A stretch of 64,000 nucleotides of DNA, taken from an uncultured virus (IMG/VR IMGVR_UViG_3300027754_002682). Lineage: Duplodnaviria > Heunggongvirae > Uroviricota > Caudoviricetes. Where the stretch lies: IMG/VR virus record IMGVR_UViG_3300027754_002682; one strand, given 5' to 3'. This document shows, one piece after another, positions 20,353 to 29,539 of this stretch (positions within the stretch are counted from its first letter, which is position 1; every line of letters begins with the position of its first letter). The translations under genes were made by a program, and so were the position numbers. Under the pieces are notes generated by a model. It had not been told where the DNA came from, searched no databases, and was given only the letters and a program-made list of their open reading frames with translations.

Positions 20353-21819
20353 TTATTTTAAACAATGTACATTTATCATTTTGTGTTTTCCAAAAATAAT
20401 TTCTGCACTAATGTATTTATATTTCATATTATTAATTCCGTCATTTTTATAGTCAATACTACCTTGTTGCATTTCCATTATATATCTTCTCTCATTTTTA
20501 GCAGTAGTTTCACCTTTTGCCCATTTATCTATTCCACCGACATTTATTAAACCTTCCGTTTGGTGTGGTAAACAAATAAATTTACCATCTCTTCTATAAG
20601 GTAAAATTGTATGTGGAATTTGAATTTCTCTATCTTCAATTTCTATATTATTTAATATTCCATCATTCAATTCTGCCTGGTCTATAACTATTTTTTCATC
20701 ATGTATATCTTCAAAATTATAATGAAAAATTAAACCATCTGTTGAGTATTTTTTATGTACTTCTTCAATTTCATCTTTTGATAATGCTCTATTCCACATT
20801 TTAATATCAGCAATTTCACCTTTAAAAAATGAATTAGCTTCTTCTACTGAAATAGTCGGAGTATATCCAATATAAAATGGTTCATTACCATATCTTTTTA
20901 AACTAAATTCATATTCCAATGGAGAATGTGTTCCTGTACCATTTCTTGCATCGTTTTCATTTCCATTTAAATAGAAATGCATTTTCTTTTCTAAATCATC
21001 AACAACCATAGTAACCCATGTCCATTCACCTTCATATCTTTTGAACCATTGGTAAAGATGTTCTCTATGTGAGTTCCATAACATACCTGTATACGCTCTA
21101 CTATTATTAAAAGATAATCCCCAATCGTAACCTGGTTTTCTAAATATCGGATATTCTACAAATTTTCTATTTTCATCACCTATCAACCAAATTGGAACTT
21201 TTTCTATTTGTTGGTCTGCTTTTACTAAAACTGATATTGTATGTGAATTAGATATTGCAGCTCTTGTTAATTCTTTTGTTGGTATTTTTATATATGAATC
21301 TTTACCATTAAAAATTGCTGCTTTTTTTGTTTTTTCAAAGTCAATTACTTTTCTTTCTACCATTTCTTCTTTTACACATCTCCAAAACAAATCATCATCT
21401 TCCATACCCCAATCCCAATACTCATTTGAATAACCATTGGTTTGTTCTACTTGTTCTTTTGTAAATAATACTGCTCCACCAAAATACTCTTGATATTTTA
21501 ATTGATAATCGGATTGTGAAATACGAACTGCGATGTGTTTTGGAGTTTCTTCTGGATATGAATAATCACAACTATCATCTTCGGGCACCATATCAATATC
21601 ATGCCAAACTATATAATCACACCCATCATCAAATGCATGTTTTGCACCTATGTTTTTCATTAAACCTCTATTAAATAGATATTCATCTCTTTGGTGCACT
21701 ATGTATATAGTATGGTCTATTCCCTTCTTATCTAAAAAATTAGAAAGATGTGGAACAAAAACATTCATATGTTCTTCTCTATTTCTATATGGGACGCAAA
21801 CTCCTAACTTATGTGCCAT
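20353..21819 (-). CDS. GT7 (beta-1,4-galactosyltransferase-like) with inserted LamG domain
   Basis: VPYRNR, FNRG, WHDID, YFGG, NGYSN, WDWGMEDDDL; LamG insert; LPH...DGINN tail. Confidence 0.88.
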   Translation of the reverse strand: MAHKLGVCVPYRNREEHMNVFVPHLSNFLDKKGIDHTIYIVHQRDEYLFNRGLMKNIGAKHAFDDGCDYIVWHDIDMVPEDDSCDYSYPEETPKHIAVRISQSDYQLKYQEYFGGAVLFTKEQVEQTNGYSNEYWDWGMEDDDLFWRCVKEEMVERKVIDFEKTKKAAIFNGKDSYIKIPTKELTRAAISNSHTISVLVKADQQIEKVPIWLIGDENRKFVEYPIFRKPGYDWGLSFNNSRAYTGMLWNSHREHLYQWFKRYEGEWTWVTMVVDDLEKKMHFYLNGNENDARNGTGTHSPLEYEFSLKRYGNEPFYIGYTPTISVEEANSFFKGEIADIKMWNRALSKDEIEEVHKKYSTDGLIFHYNFEDIHDEKIVIDQAELNDGILNNIEIEDREIQIPHTILPYRRDGKFICLPHQTEGLINVGGIDKWAKGETTAKNERRYIMEMQQGSIDYKNDGINNMKYKYISAEIIFGKHKMINVHCLK

Positions 21820-23246
21820 TATAATAAAACTGAAAGGTGGTGGTGTTTTTTAATTGAAATATCATTTAATATTTGATATAGACAGGTATTTAAACCATCT
21901 TTGTCTGTATCATATAATTTTGTTTTTATTTGATTCAAAAATCTCAATTGATTTATTCTCGTTTCTTTATGAACCCAATTCTTCTCATTCCAACTATTTG
22001 TTTTGTGAGATAATAATTTAAATAACGATGGTCTGCGAAATGGAACTTGTAATTCTTTACCTAATGATTCTTTTGTTTTAATAAAATGAGATTCAACGAT
22101 TTCACCATTATTATCATTGAAACTTAAATCAACTAATTCATTGTTTCTATAAAATCTAAAATCATAATATAATTTTAAATGTTCCGAAGATTTATATGCT
22201 CTAAAATTTTCTAATAATGAATTTTCTAAAATATTTTCAGATATAATCTTTACTTCTTTTGGTTTTAATTTTGTATCATAGATTGCAAATTCTGAAATTA
22301 GTCCAAAAAAATAATTTGGTAAATCTCTATTTGGTTCACCTACACCTAAATAAAAATACTCTTTATCAGAATAGTCTTTGACATTATGTTTTAATTTAGT
22401 CATCCCTAAAAATTCACCATCCTTATAAAAATCAAATTGGTTTAATTCATAATCATATGTTATACAAATTTGCGTAAAATGATTTGATAATATTTCAGAA
22501 TTTATAGAATAACATTGGTCGGTTTCATCCCAAACATCAAATTTATATCTTCTAAATGAATTAAAACTAACCGATGTATCGTATCCAGGAATTGAGAATA
22601 CAGTATATTCATCATATTCATTATTTGGGTTTGATATTATATCATCTGGTTTAAATGTAATCAATATACTAGTATCTTTTTCGAAATTTAATAAATCTTT
22701 CTTTGGTATTTTGATATAAGAATCCGTTCCATTAAATGATAGTCCATATAAATTTTTTACATCCGTTTTACCAATTATCTTAGTATCTAATGCAATTTTC
22801 TTTTCTGCAGTTCTAAATAATAAATCATCATCTTCAAATCCCCATCCCCAATATTGATTAGAATAACCATTTACTTTTTCAAAAGCTTCAACAGAGAACA
22901 TGGTTACTCCACCAAAATAATCATCAAAAATTAAATTCTTAGACTTATCATATTCTAATTCAAAATTAGTTGCTAAATGTAAAGGTACTGCGGAATACGA
23001 ATAATCCACTTCTAATGGTAACATATCAATATCATGAAATACTACATAATTACATAGCAACTCTTTTGCTTTAATAAATCCTATATTTAATAATTTACCT
23101 CTATTAAATGGTTTATCATCTATTTGCTCTACGATTATAAGTTCGTAATCTATTTTATTTTCTTTAAAATAAAGTTTTATAGCATCTGTAAATTTTTTTA
23201 AATGCGATTCTCTTTCTCTATATGGAACAATGATTCCTAATTTCAT
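21819..23246 (-). CDS. GT7 (beta-1,4-galactosyltransferase-like) with inserted LamG domain
   Basis: VPYRER, FNRGKLLNIG, FHDID, YFGGV, WGWGFEDDDL; LamG insert; LSH...DGLN tail. Confidence 0.9.
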   Translation of the reverse strand: MKLGIIVPYRERESHLKKFTDAIKLYFKENKIDYELIIVEQIDDKPFNRGKLLNIGFIKAKELLCNYVVFHDIDMLPLEVDYSYSAVPLHLATNFELEYDKSKNLIFDDYFGGVTMFSVEAFEKVNGYSNQYWGWGFEDDDLLFRTAEKKIALDTKIIGKTDVKNLYGLSFNGTDSYIKIPKKDLLNFEKDTSILITFKPDDIISNPNNEYDEYTVFSIPGYDTSVSFNSFRRYKFDVWDETDQCYSINSEILSNHFTQICITYDYELNQFDFYKDGEFLGMTKLKHNVKDYSDKEYFYLGVGEPNRDLPNYFFGLISEFAIYDTKLKPKEVKIISENILENSLLENFRAYKSSEHLKLYYDFRFYRNNELVDLSFNDNNGEIVESHFIKTKESLGKELQVPFRRPSLFKLLSHKTNSWNEKNWVHKETRINQLRFLNQIKTKLYDTDKDGLNTCLYQILNDISIKKHHHLSVLL

Positions 23247-23256
23247 TTAATTTATA

Positions 23257-23577
23257 TTAAACTGTTTCTATATCTTTTTTTGGTCTTGGTTTTCTAACCG
23301 GCAATTCTGCAGTATCTGCGTCAACTACCGATGTTGGTATTTTTGGTTGTTCTGGATTTACATTAGAAGTCCCACCCTTTGCCATATTATAGTGTTCGTA
23401 TAAATAAAATGCAATTCTTTCACCCCATTCTTTTTTAGGTATTTCTTCAAACCAAATAGTCAATGCATCTAATGAATTTGCTATTTTTTCTAAAGCTTTT
23501 ACTTTTCTTGTTTCTAATACTACATTTTCCAAAGAAGTGTCTGGTGTAGAGTCATTTTGTAATTTTAATTTTGACAT
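23257..23577 (-). CDS. Hypothetical protein
   Basis: 106-aa co-oriented ORF. Confidence 0.7.
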   Translation of the reverse strand: MSKLKLQNDSTPDTSLENVVLETRKVKALEKIANSLDALTIWFEEIPKKEWGERIAFYLYEHYNMAKGGTSNVNPEQPKIPTSVVDADTAELPVRKPRPKKDIETV

Positions 23578-23580
23578 TTT

Positions 23581-25035
23581 TTATATTTTGATTTTGTGTT
23601 TATATACATTTGTTTTTATTTCTTCATTTACTAATTCTTTATAACTTGTAGTATTATATCCAAATAAATCCGTATCTAATACTCCACTTGTTATTTCATA
23701 AAAAAACATTTTTTCGTTTTCTGCAAAATTTTCGTCTTTTACTTTGTAAGTGTAATTATCTAATATAGTGAATTTTTTTGAATTTTCCAAAATTTCAAAT
23801 TTTCCACTAGAGTTTTCAGGCATATTAAACTCATGAGATAAATTTAATTCTTCTGAAAATATTTGTTGATGTATACCTGATGATACAATTCTTGCGTTTG
23901 AAAATGATTTAGAGGAGTCAACATAAAACTCACCAAATTTTTTATCAAAGTCTACATTTATTGTAGCTGGGAAATTGGTCTGTATTTGTCCTTCTAAGTT
24001 TTTGTATCCATCGGAATATAATTTTTGTATTTCCGAATTAGTAAGTGCATAATCAAATAAACATAAATTTGATAATTTACCTTCAAATGAATCTTTAAAT
24101 GCCATACTGCCAATCCAAATATCTTTTCCTCTAAAATCTTTTAAAGTTTTACCTATTTTACTTGAACTTACTAGTTTACCATCGACATATAAATCCATAA
24201 CATGTTTATCTAAATCAACTCTAAATGCTAAATTTATCCATTTATTTGTATGAATTTTATGTGGATACCAAATTTGATATAAATCATTGGCTTCGTCCCA
24301 AATTTGTGCAACTATTGCTTCATTTCTCATTATAAGTAAACCCATGTCATAACCTTGCTTTCCAATAAGAGTACCATCGGTTGATTGGTCATCATTTATA
24401 AAAGCATTTAAAGAAATTGTAAATGAATCTTCAAATATATAATCTGTGGTTTTATTTGCTTTAATCATAGCACAATTATTCTCATCTGATACAAATGGAT
24501 ATATTTTTTTCTTTATTGATTTATTTACCTCTTTTACTTCCGTTAAAGCGTGAAATTTTGAAATATCCCTTGTAAAATATCTTTTTGTTAGAAGCAAATT
24601 GTGTTTATCTAATCTATACAAAAAATCAGGCCAGTGAAATCCACCACCCCAATAATCATTACTAAAACCATTTGCTTTAATAAATTGTTTTTTATCAATT
24701 TTAAATGCACCACCAATCCAATGTGGATATGGTTTTAAATTTGGACAAAGATGTGTTGGGTGATAACTATAATCATAATCACATGTTTCCATTTTTGGTA
24801 ACACATCTACATCTTGAAATACTATATAATCTGCCCAATCTTCTACTATTTTAGCACCTGCATTGCATAGTTTACCATAATTGAAAAATGTATCAGCATC
24901 ATCTTGTTCAATGAAGTGTATTTGATATTCTACTTTGTCTTTTAAGAAATATTCCATGTGACCAATGAAAGAATACATTTGGTCTAGTCTATTCGAAAAT
25001 GGAACTATTATTGCTAATTTTTTATCAGTAATCAT
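23581..25035 (-). CDS. Degenerate GT7-LamG protein (catalytic EDDD replaced)
   Basis: IVPFSNR, FNYG, FQDVD, NGFSNDYWGGGFHWPDF; LamG insert. Confidence 0.8.
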   Translation of the reverse strand: MITDKKLAIIVPFSNRLDQMYSFIGHMEYFLKDKVEYQIHFIEQDDADTFFNYGKLCNAGAKIVEDWADYIVFQDVDVLPKMETCDYDYSYHPTHLCPNLKPYPHWIGGAFKIDKKQFIKANGFSNDYWGGGFHWPDFLYRLDKHNLLLTKRYFTRDISKFHALTEVKEVNKSIKKKIYPFVSDENNCAMIKANKTTDYIFEDSFTISLNAFINDDQSTDGTLIGKQGYDMGLLIMRNEAIVAQIWDEANDLYQIWYPHKIHTNKWINLAFRVDLDKHVMDLYVDGKLVSSSKIGKTLKDFRGKDIWIGSMAFKDSFEGKLSNLCLFDYALTNSEIQKLYSDGYKNLEGQIQTNFPATINVDFDKKFGEFYVDSSKSFSNARIVSSGIHQQIFSEELNLSHEFNMPENSSGKFEILENSKKFTILDNYTYKVKDENFAENEKMFFYEITSGVLDTDLFGYNTTSYKELVNEEIKTNVYKHKIKI

Positions 25036-25050
25036 TTAGTAACTTGTTGT

Positions 25051-25899
25051 TTATATAGATATAATTTTTTTAAATAATTTATTCCATTGTTTGTATTCGT
25101 TTTCACCTACATACTCAAACATATATTCTTTATTTGTAACATCTATTTCAAAATTATTACTTCTTAAAGATTGATACATTTTTAAATATTCATCAGATGC
25201 TGCATAATCTTTTCTAATATCTGCAACCTGTTTAATTCTTTCTACACAAGTCGAATCCCATTTGAAATGGTGTACCTGAACATTGTATTCGTCAACAGGT
25301 GCAATTAACGGGTGATTCCAACCTTGCCATCTCCATGTTGTATGTCCGTCTATTTTTGCATAGTGTTGACCAGATGTGATTTCAATATGTCCTTTCATTA
25401 TACAAACTTTATTTGGACACGCGCCACTCATTGAGTATCTAAAAAATCCTGCAACTGGAAATTGTTCAAATATATTTTCTTTTTTATTTATCTTTGGAAA
25501 ATCACCGGTTTGCCCTACTCTATCAACGAATCCACCTCTTACTAATTCCCATCCATTTCTTTCACAGGCTGATATAATTTCATTTAATGGTTTTGAATAA
25601 ATGTGAAATTCATCATCGTCTGAAACTACCCACCAATCATCAGGAAATAACATTTTTGTTTCATTATATAACTGAGTAACATATTCCCAATTAAATTTTT
25701 CTTTTGTTACTCTTTCTATAATTTTAGCTTTTTCAAATTGTTTAGTTATTTTTAAAACTTCATTATAAGTACTAGAACCTTCCCACTCATAAACTACAAT
25801 ATACATTTCATCTACTAAATCTTTATAATGATTCAGCATATGCCACAATGTATCCACTCTCGAACCTGTTATTGTAACTAATCTTATTTTTTTATTCAT
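25051..25899 (-). CDS. GT-A glycosyltransferase (GT2-like)
   Basis: LNHY, WWVVSDDDEF, GQH, VHHFKW. Confidence 0.75.
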   Translation of the reverse strand: MNKKIRLVTITGSRVDTLWHMLNHYKDLVDEMYIVVYEWEGSSTYNEVLKITKQFEKAKIIERVTKEKFNWEYVTQLYNETKMLFPDDWWVVSDDDEFHIYSKPLNEIISACERNGWELVRGGFVDRVGQTGDFPKINKKENIFEQFPVAGFFRYSMSGACPNKVCIMKGHIEITSGQHYAKIDGHTTWRWQGWNHPLIAPVDEYNVQVHHFKWDSTCVERIKQVADIRKDYAASDEYLKMYQSLRSNNFEIDVTNKEYMFEYVGENEYKQWNKLFKKIISI

Positions 25900-25906
25900 T
25901 CTTTTT

Positions 25907-26665
25907 TTAAGCTTTTCTAGTAAGTAGTGTTATACCTGTACTTGTAACCTTTTTATCAAACATACGATAATTTTTTAAGTTTACCAAATTCCACTCACTA
26001 TTTTTTTCTAAATCTTTAATATATTTTGCCGGGCCATCAAAAGGAACAAAATTTTCTTTTGCATTTTCGGTTACTACAAATGTGTCATGATAATTTTGGT
26101 CTATGTCGTGAATCGTAATAATTCCATTTTCAGACATAATTGAAGAATATAATTCAAAATCTTTTTTAACTCCTTCGTAGGAATGGTCTCCGTCAATATG
26201 TAAGTAATCTATTTTAATGTCTTGTCTTACAAAATAATCATAGAATGCTTTTTCTGATGTGTCTAAAATAACTTGTGGAGAAAAATGTTGTCTTAAAAAA
26301 CTATTATCCTCAGTCCAATCGGTAAATCCACCTACACCATTTGCAGCATCAACTATTATAGTCGTTCCAATATCTCCCCACTCCGTAGAATTATTACCTT
26401 CAAACATTCCCTGTTCCCACAAATCTTTTCTTGCTTGCGTCATCAATCTTGGAATAAATCCACCTCCTGAACCAATGCATACACATACCTTTGCTCTAAT
26501 AAACTGAATAAAGGAATATATCAAAAGTCCATCTCCTAAGTGTAAATCGGTTGCACCATGTGTCCAACGATATTTAACAGGTTCTAAAACTTCTTCACCT
26601 TCTTCGTTTATTTTGTGGTTATTTGTAAGGTATTTTTTTATAAGTACATCGTTAAGTAACTGCAT
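25907..26665 (-). CDS. Class I SAM-dependent methyltransferase (Methyltransf_24-like)
   Basis: CIGSGGG, YLHIDGDHSYEGVKKDF, GIITIHD. Confidence 0.85.
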   Translation of the reverse strand: MQLLNDVLIKKYLTNNHKINEEGEEVLEPVKYRWTHGATDLHLGDGLLIYSFIQFIRAKVCVCIGSGGGFIPRLMTQARKDLWEQGMFEGNNSTEWGDIGTTIIVDAANGVGGFTDWTEDNSFLRQHFSPQVILDTSEKAFYDYFVRQDIKIDYLHIDGDHSYEGVKKDFELYSSIMSENGIITIHDIDQNYHDTFVVTENAKENFVPFDGPAKYIKDLEKNSEWNLVNLKNYRMFDKKVTSTGITLLTRKA

Positions 26666-27624
26666 ATTTCTTTAATCCATTTTTGTTTGTTAGTGTATTT
26701 TTTTAGTCCGGCTTTTAATCTATCGAATTGTTTTTTATTTTTTTCAAATCCATCTTCTAATATTTTTATATATTGATAATGAAATTGTTTTTTATTGATT
26801 GCTCTATATCTGTATTTAATATCTTTCATCCAACTACCATCTAATATTGGAAGTTTACCATTATCAATTGCGTCAAATATTGCATATCCAAATGGTTCTT
26901 TGGTATATGCTCCATGAAATATTTGAAAGTTCTTTTCAAAAAACTTATTATGAAAACGATAATCAAATTCTATGAATGTATGCACGGATGCATTTATTTT
27001 ACTACCCTCTAACATTCTTTTATAGTCATATTTGTTTGAGAATATAAAAGCAGGTATTGAATCTAAGTAATGTGCATTTTTCCTTGTCTCACATCTTGCT
27101 GCATATCCTACTTTATTATCAATTATTCCAACAAATGGTTTTTTATTTTTCCATTCATAGTAATTTGGAATTGTAATTGTTTTTGGATAATATGTGTGTA
27201 TTGTGTCTTTCTCATAACCAATCCAAACAATATTTTCAGAATTGTCTAATATATCTTTTTGCCAATGCCAATCTAAACGGGTCATTAAATTTTCATATTC
27301 ATCATTTAATCCAACCATATCAGGAATGAAAGCATGAACAAATGTAAGATATGTTTTGTGTAAATACTTTTGAATAATAGGATTTGGTTTATATGAATGA
27401 TGTAAGAAAATTATCTTATCACACTCATCTAATATTTTATCAACTTCTTTTTCGTTTCCAAAAGTGTAGATTGCATCAATTTCTCTAACCAAAGGCCTAC
27501 CATCAATTATAATTTTGTAATCTTCTTTGATTAATGGTAAAACATTTTCTATAAAGTTATTGCACCAAATATCAGCACCCCCTATAATATTTTTTCCGTA
27601 ACCTGTTGTAATAAAAACTATCAT
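26638..27624 (-). CDS. GT-B glycosyltransferase (GT4-like)
   Basis: N-terminal GGAD, RCETRKN, EPFGYAIFDA. Confidence 0.75.
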   Translation of the reverse strand: MIVFITTGYGKNIIGGADIWCNNFIENVLPLIKEDYKIIIDGRPLVREIDAIYTFGNEKEVDKILDECDKIIFLHHSYKPNPIIQKYLHKTYLTFVHAFIPDMVGLNDEYENLMTRLDWHWQKDILDNSENIVWIGYEKDTIHTYYPKTITIPNYYEWKNKKPFVGIIDNKVGYAARCETRKNAHYLDSIPAFIFSNKYDYKRMLEGSKINASVHTFIEFDYRFHNKFFEKNFQIFHGAYTKEPFGYAIFDAIDNGKLPILDGSWMKDIKYRYRAINKKQFHYQYIKILEDGFEKNKKQFDRLKAGLKKYTNKQKWIKEICSYLTMYL

Positions 27625-27633
27625 AATTTTATT

Positions 27634-28578
27634 TTATATCAATATTGAATTTTTACCGACTTTTTGTACTTTATTAAAATATTCTAAGCTAGCTGTGTTT
27701 TCTAATATATCCAATTCAACATTATATGGTAGTTTGTGCATATAATCACTTTTATAAAATCTATTAGTATCACTATTCACTATTCCGGCATTATGGAATA
27801 TGTTATTTTTATAAAATTCTTCCTTTGTACCAGTTGCCCATGTAAATTCTAATTTTGGATTACATATTGTATTATATCCCATTTTCCACCCATTCCATAA
27901 TACTGCCCACATATCTGCACACCATATTTGCAGTTCATGATATTCCGGATTTTCTAATTTCTTTTTATTATTTAATTCTGTTATTTCTTTAAATAATATT
28001 TCAGAATCTAATTCTACTCTTTCCCAAAAATAATGAGTTATACCTTTCATTATATATTGTGCACCTATTGAATTTAATTCATTTTCTTTTAATACATCCG
28101 ATTTAATACTCATTATATCACACATTCTATCTAATACATATTGTCCTTTAGATAATATATAATCATGTCCTATATACCACCTACAATCACTACCATACCA
28201 ATTATTATCATTATATATTTCACAACATAACCATTCATTGATAGGATTTGTTAATAATATATCACAATCATGATAAAATATTATTTCATTTTTTAAATAC
28301 AAATGTTTTTCAAAATGTTGTTTTAATATATTAGGTCTTATTGATGATATGTAATTTTTATTTTTTCTGGTATCTTCATAAAAAAAGAATCTAACATCAT
28401 TATATTTATTTGCTAATTTTCTGAATTCATCCGATTCTTTATTATTGTTTTTAGTAGAAACAACATCTATATTATTTGGATTTACCCCCATCTCTATAAA
28501 ATTATTTAACATAACTTCTATTTGCCAAGCATAATATAAATTATCCGGTTGTGCGCAAATAAATCTTAAATTTTTCAT
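27634..28578 (-). CDS. HPAT/SGT1 (GT95/GT96)-like peptide O-glycosyltransferase candidate
   Basis: YYAWQIEVM, IRPNILKQHF, FYHDCD (DxD), IGAQYI, WCADMWA motifs in the order I recall for HPAT/SGT1. Confidence 0.6.
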   Translation of the reverse strand: MKNLRFICAQPDNLYYAWQIEVMLNNFIEMGVNPNNIDVVSTKNNNKESDEFRKLANKYNDVRFFFYEDTRKNKNYISSIRPNILKQHFEKHLYLKNEIIFYHDCDILLTNPINEWLCCEIYNDNNWYGSDCRWYIGHDYILSKGQYVLDRMCDIMSIKSDVLKENELNSIGAQYIMKGITHYFWERVELDSEILFKEITELNNKKKLENPEYHELQIWCADMWAVLWNGWKMGYNTICNPKLEFTWATGTKEEFYKNNIFHNAGIVNSDTNRFYKSDYMHKLPYNVELDILENTASLEYFNKVQKVGKNSILI

Positions 28579-28597
28579 AACCTTTATTTTGTAATTT

Positions 28598-29539
28598 TTA
28601 ACATTGTAAAGTGTTTCTTAAAAATGTACCACTTGTTATATTCCAACAAACACCGGACATAGATTCATAATGTCTTCTAGTTATTGGATTACCATTAACA
28701 TCTCTAGCTATTGCCGTACAAGAATTTACACTACCACCACCGATACCACCAAATACATTGCCATTTGCTACAAATGCTGCGTAATCACTATCAATAAAGT
28801 ATATTCTAGAAATTGTACCGGTTCCACATCCACCCACTGCACACGTTTCACTTATATCGACTAATGTATATATCGGTGCAGCAGTTGTAGGTGCTGCGGT
28901 TGTTGGTGCAGCAGTTGTAGGTGCTGCAGTTGTAGTTGGTGCTGCGGTTGTAGGTGCTGCAGTTGTAGGTGCTGCAGTTGTAGTTGGTGCTGCGGTTGTA
29001 GTTGGTGCTGGACAAGATGCACAAGCCAATTGTGGTGTAGCTGTTTGTGCAGAACCATTTCGTAGGAAGTACCTAACATTATCTTGACGATTTATATAGA
29101 TTGTCTCATTATTAGCAAAGTCTGCGTATAGATTACCAATTGTGGCTGATGACATAGCCCGTAACGATGTTGCATCACATAAATTTGTTCCATAAACAGT
29201 AATTGTAACAAGTCCATATATCCCCCCTGCACATGCATCCGCCTCACTTTCTGTACTTACAAATCCTGTGAATGTAGCTTGTGCTGGAGCTGCAGTTGTA
29301 GTTGTAGTTGTAGTTGTTGTAGTTGTTGTAGTAGTTGTGACAGGTGCGGCAGTTGTAGTTGGTGCAGCAGTTGTAGTTGGTGCAGCAGTTGTGGCCGTAC
29401 TATATCCAAAAAATTCAGACATAACATCAGGTGCACTTTTACCAGCTGCAGCACTATATGCTCGTAGTGAATTTGATGCGGAACCTAATTCAGCTTTGAT
29501 TTCTGACATTTTAATTGGGCCTGTTCCTGAAAGTGGCAT
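28598..29539 (-). CDS. Mucin-like Pro/Thr/Ala-rich protein, probable fibre-tip adhesin
   Basis: N-terminal MPLSGTGPIKMSEI...MSEFFG; two (PTT[T]AA)n tracts separating Cys-containing domains; coupled to fibre gene by TAATG. Confidence 0.75.
   Translation of the reverse strand: MPLSGTGPIKMSEIKAELGSASNSLRAYSAAAGKSAPDVMSEFFGYSTATTAAPTTTAAPTTTAAPVTTTTTTTTTTTTTTTAAPAQATFTGFVSTESEADACAGGIYGLVTITVYGTNLCDATSLRAMSSATIGNLYADFANNETIYINRQDNVRYFLRNGSAQTATPQLACASCPAPTTTAAPTTTAAPTTAAPTTAAPTTTAAPTTAAPTTAAPTTAAPIYTLVDISETCAVGGCGTGTISRIYFIDSDYAAFVANGNVFGGIGGGSVNSCTAIARDVNGNPITRRHYESMSGVCWNITSGTFLRNTLQC
28874..29011 (-). repeat. 15/18-bp coding tandem repeats (PTTAA/PTTTAA)
   Basis: Repeated ggtgc(t/a)gc(a/g)gttgt(agt) units on + strand. 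Confidence 0.95.
29283..29398 (-). repeat. Coding repeats PTTTAA plus poly-Thr tract
   Basis: (gttgta)n run and ggtgcagcagttgtagtt units. Confidence 0.95.

Noticed and set aside
5703..28578. Host chromosomal LPS/capsule locus or prophage flank
   Set aside because: Contiguous and co-oriented with phage genes, shares the phage promoter motif and composition, and lacks wzx/wzy/export genes
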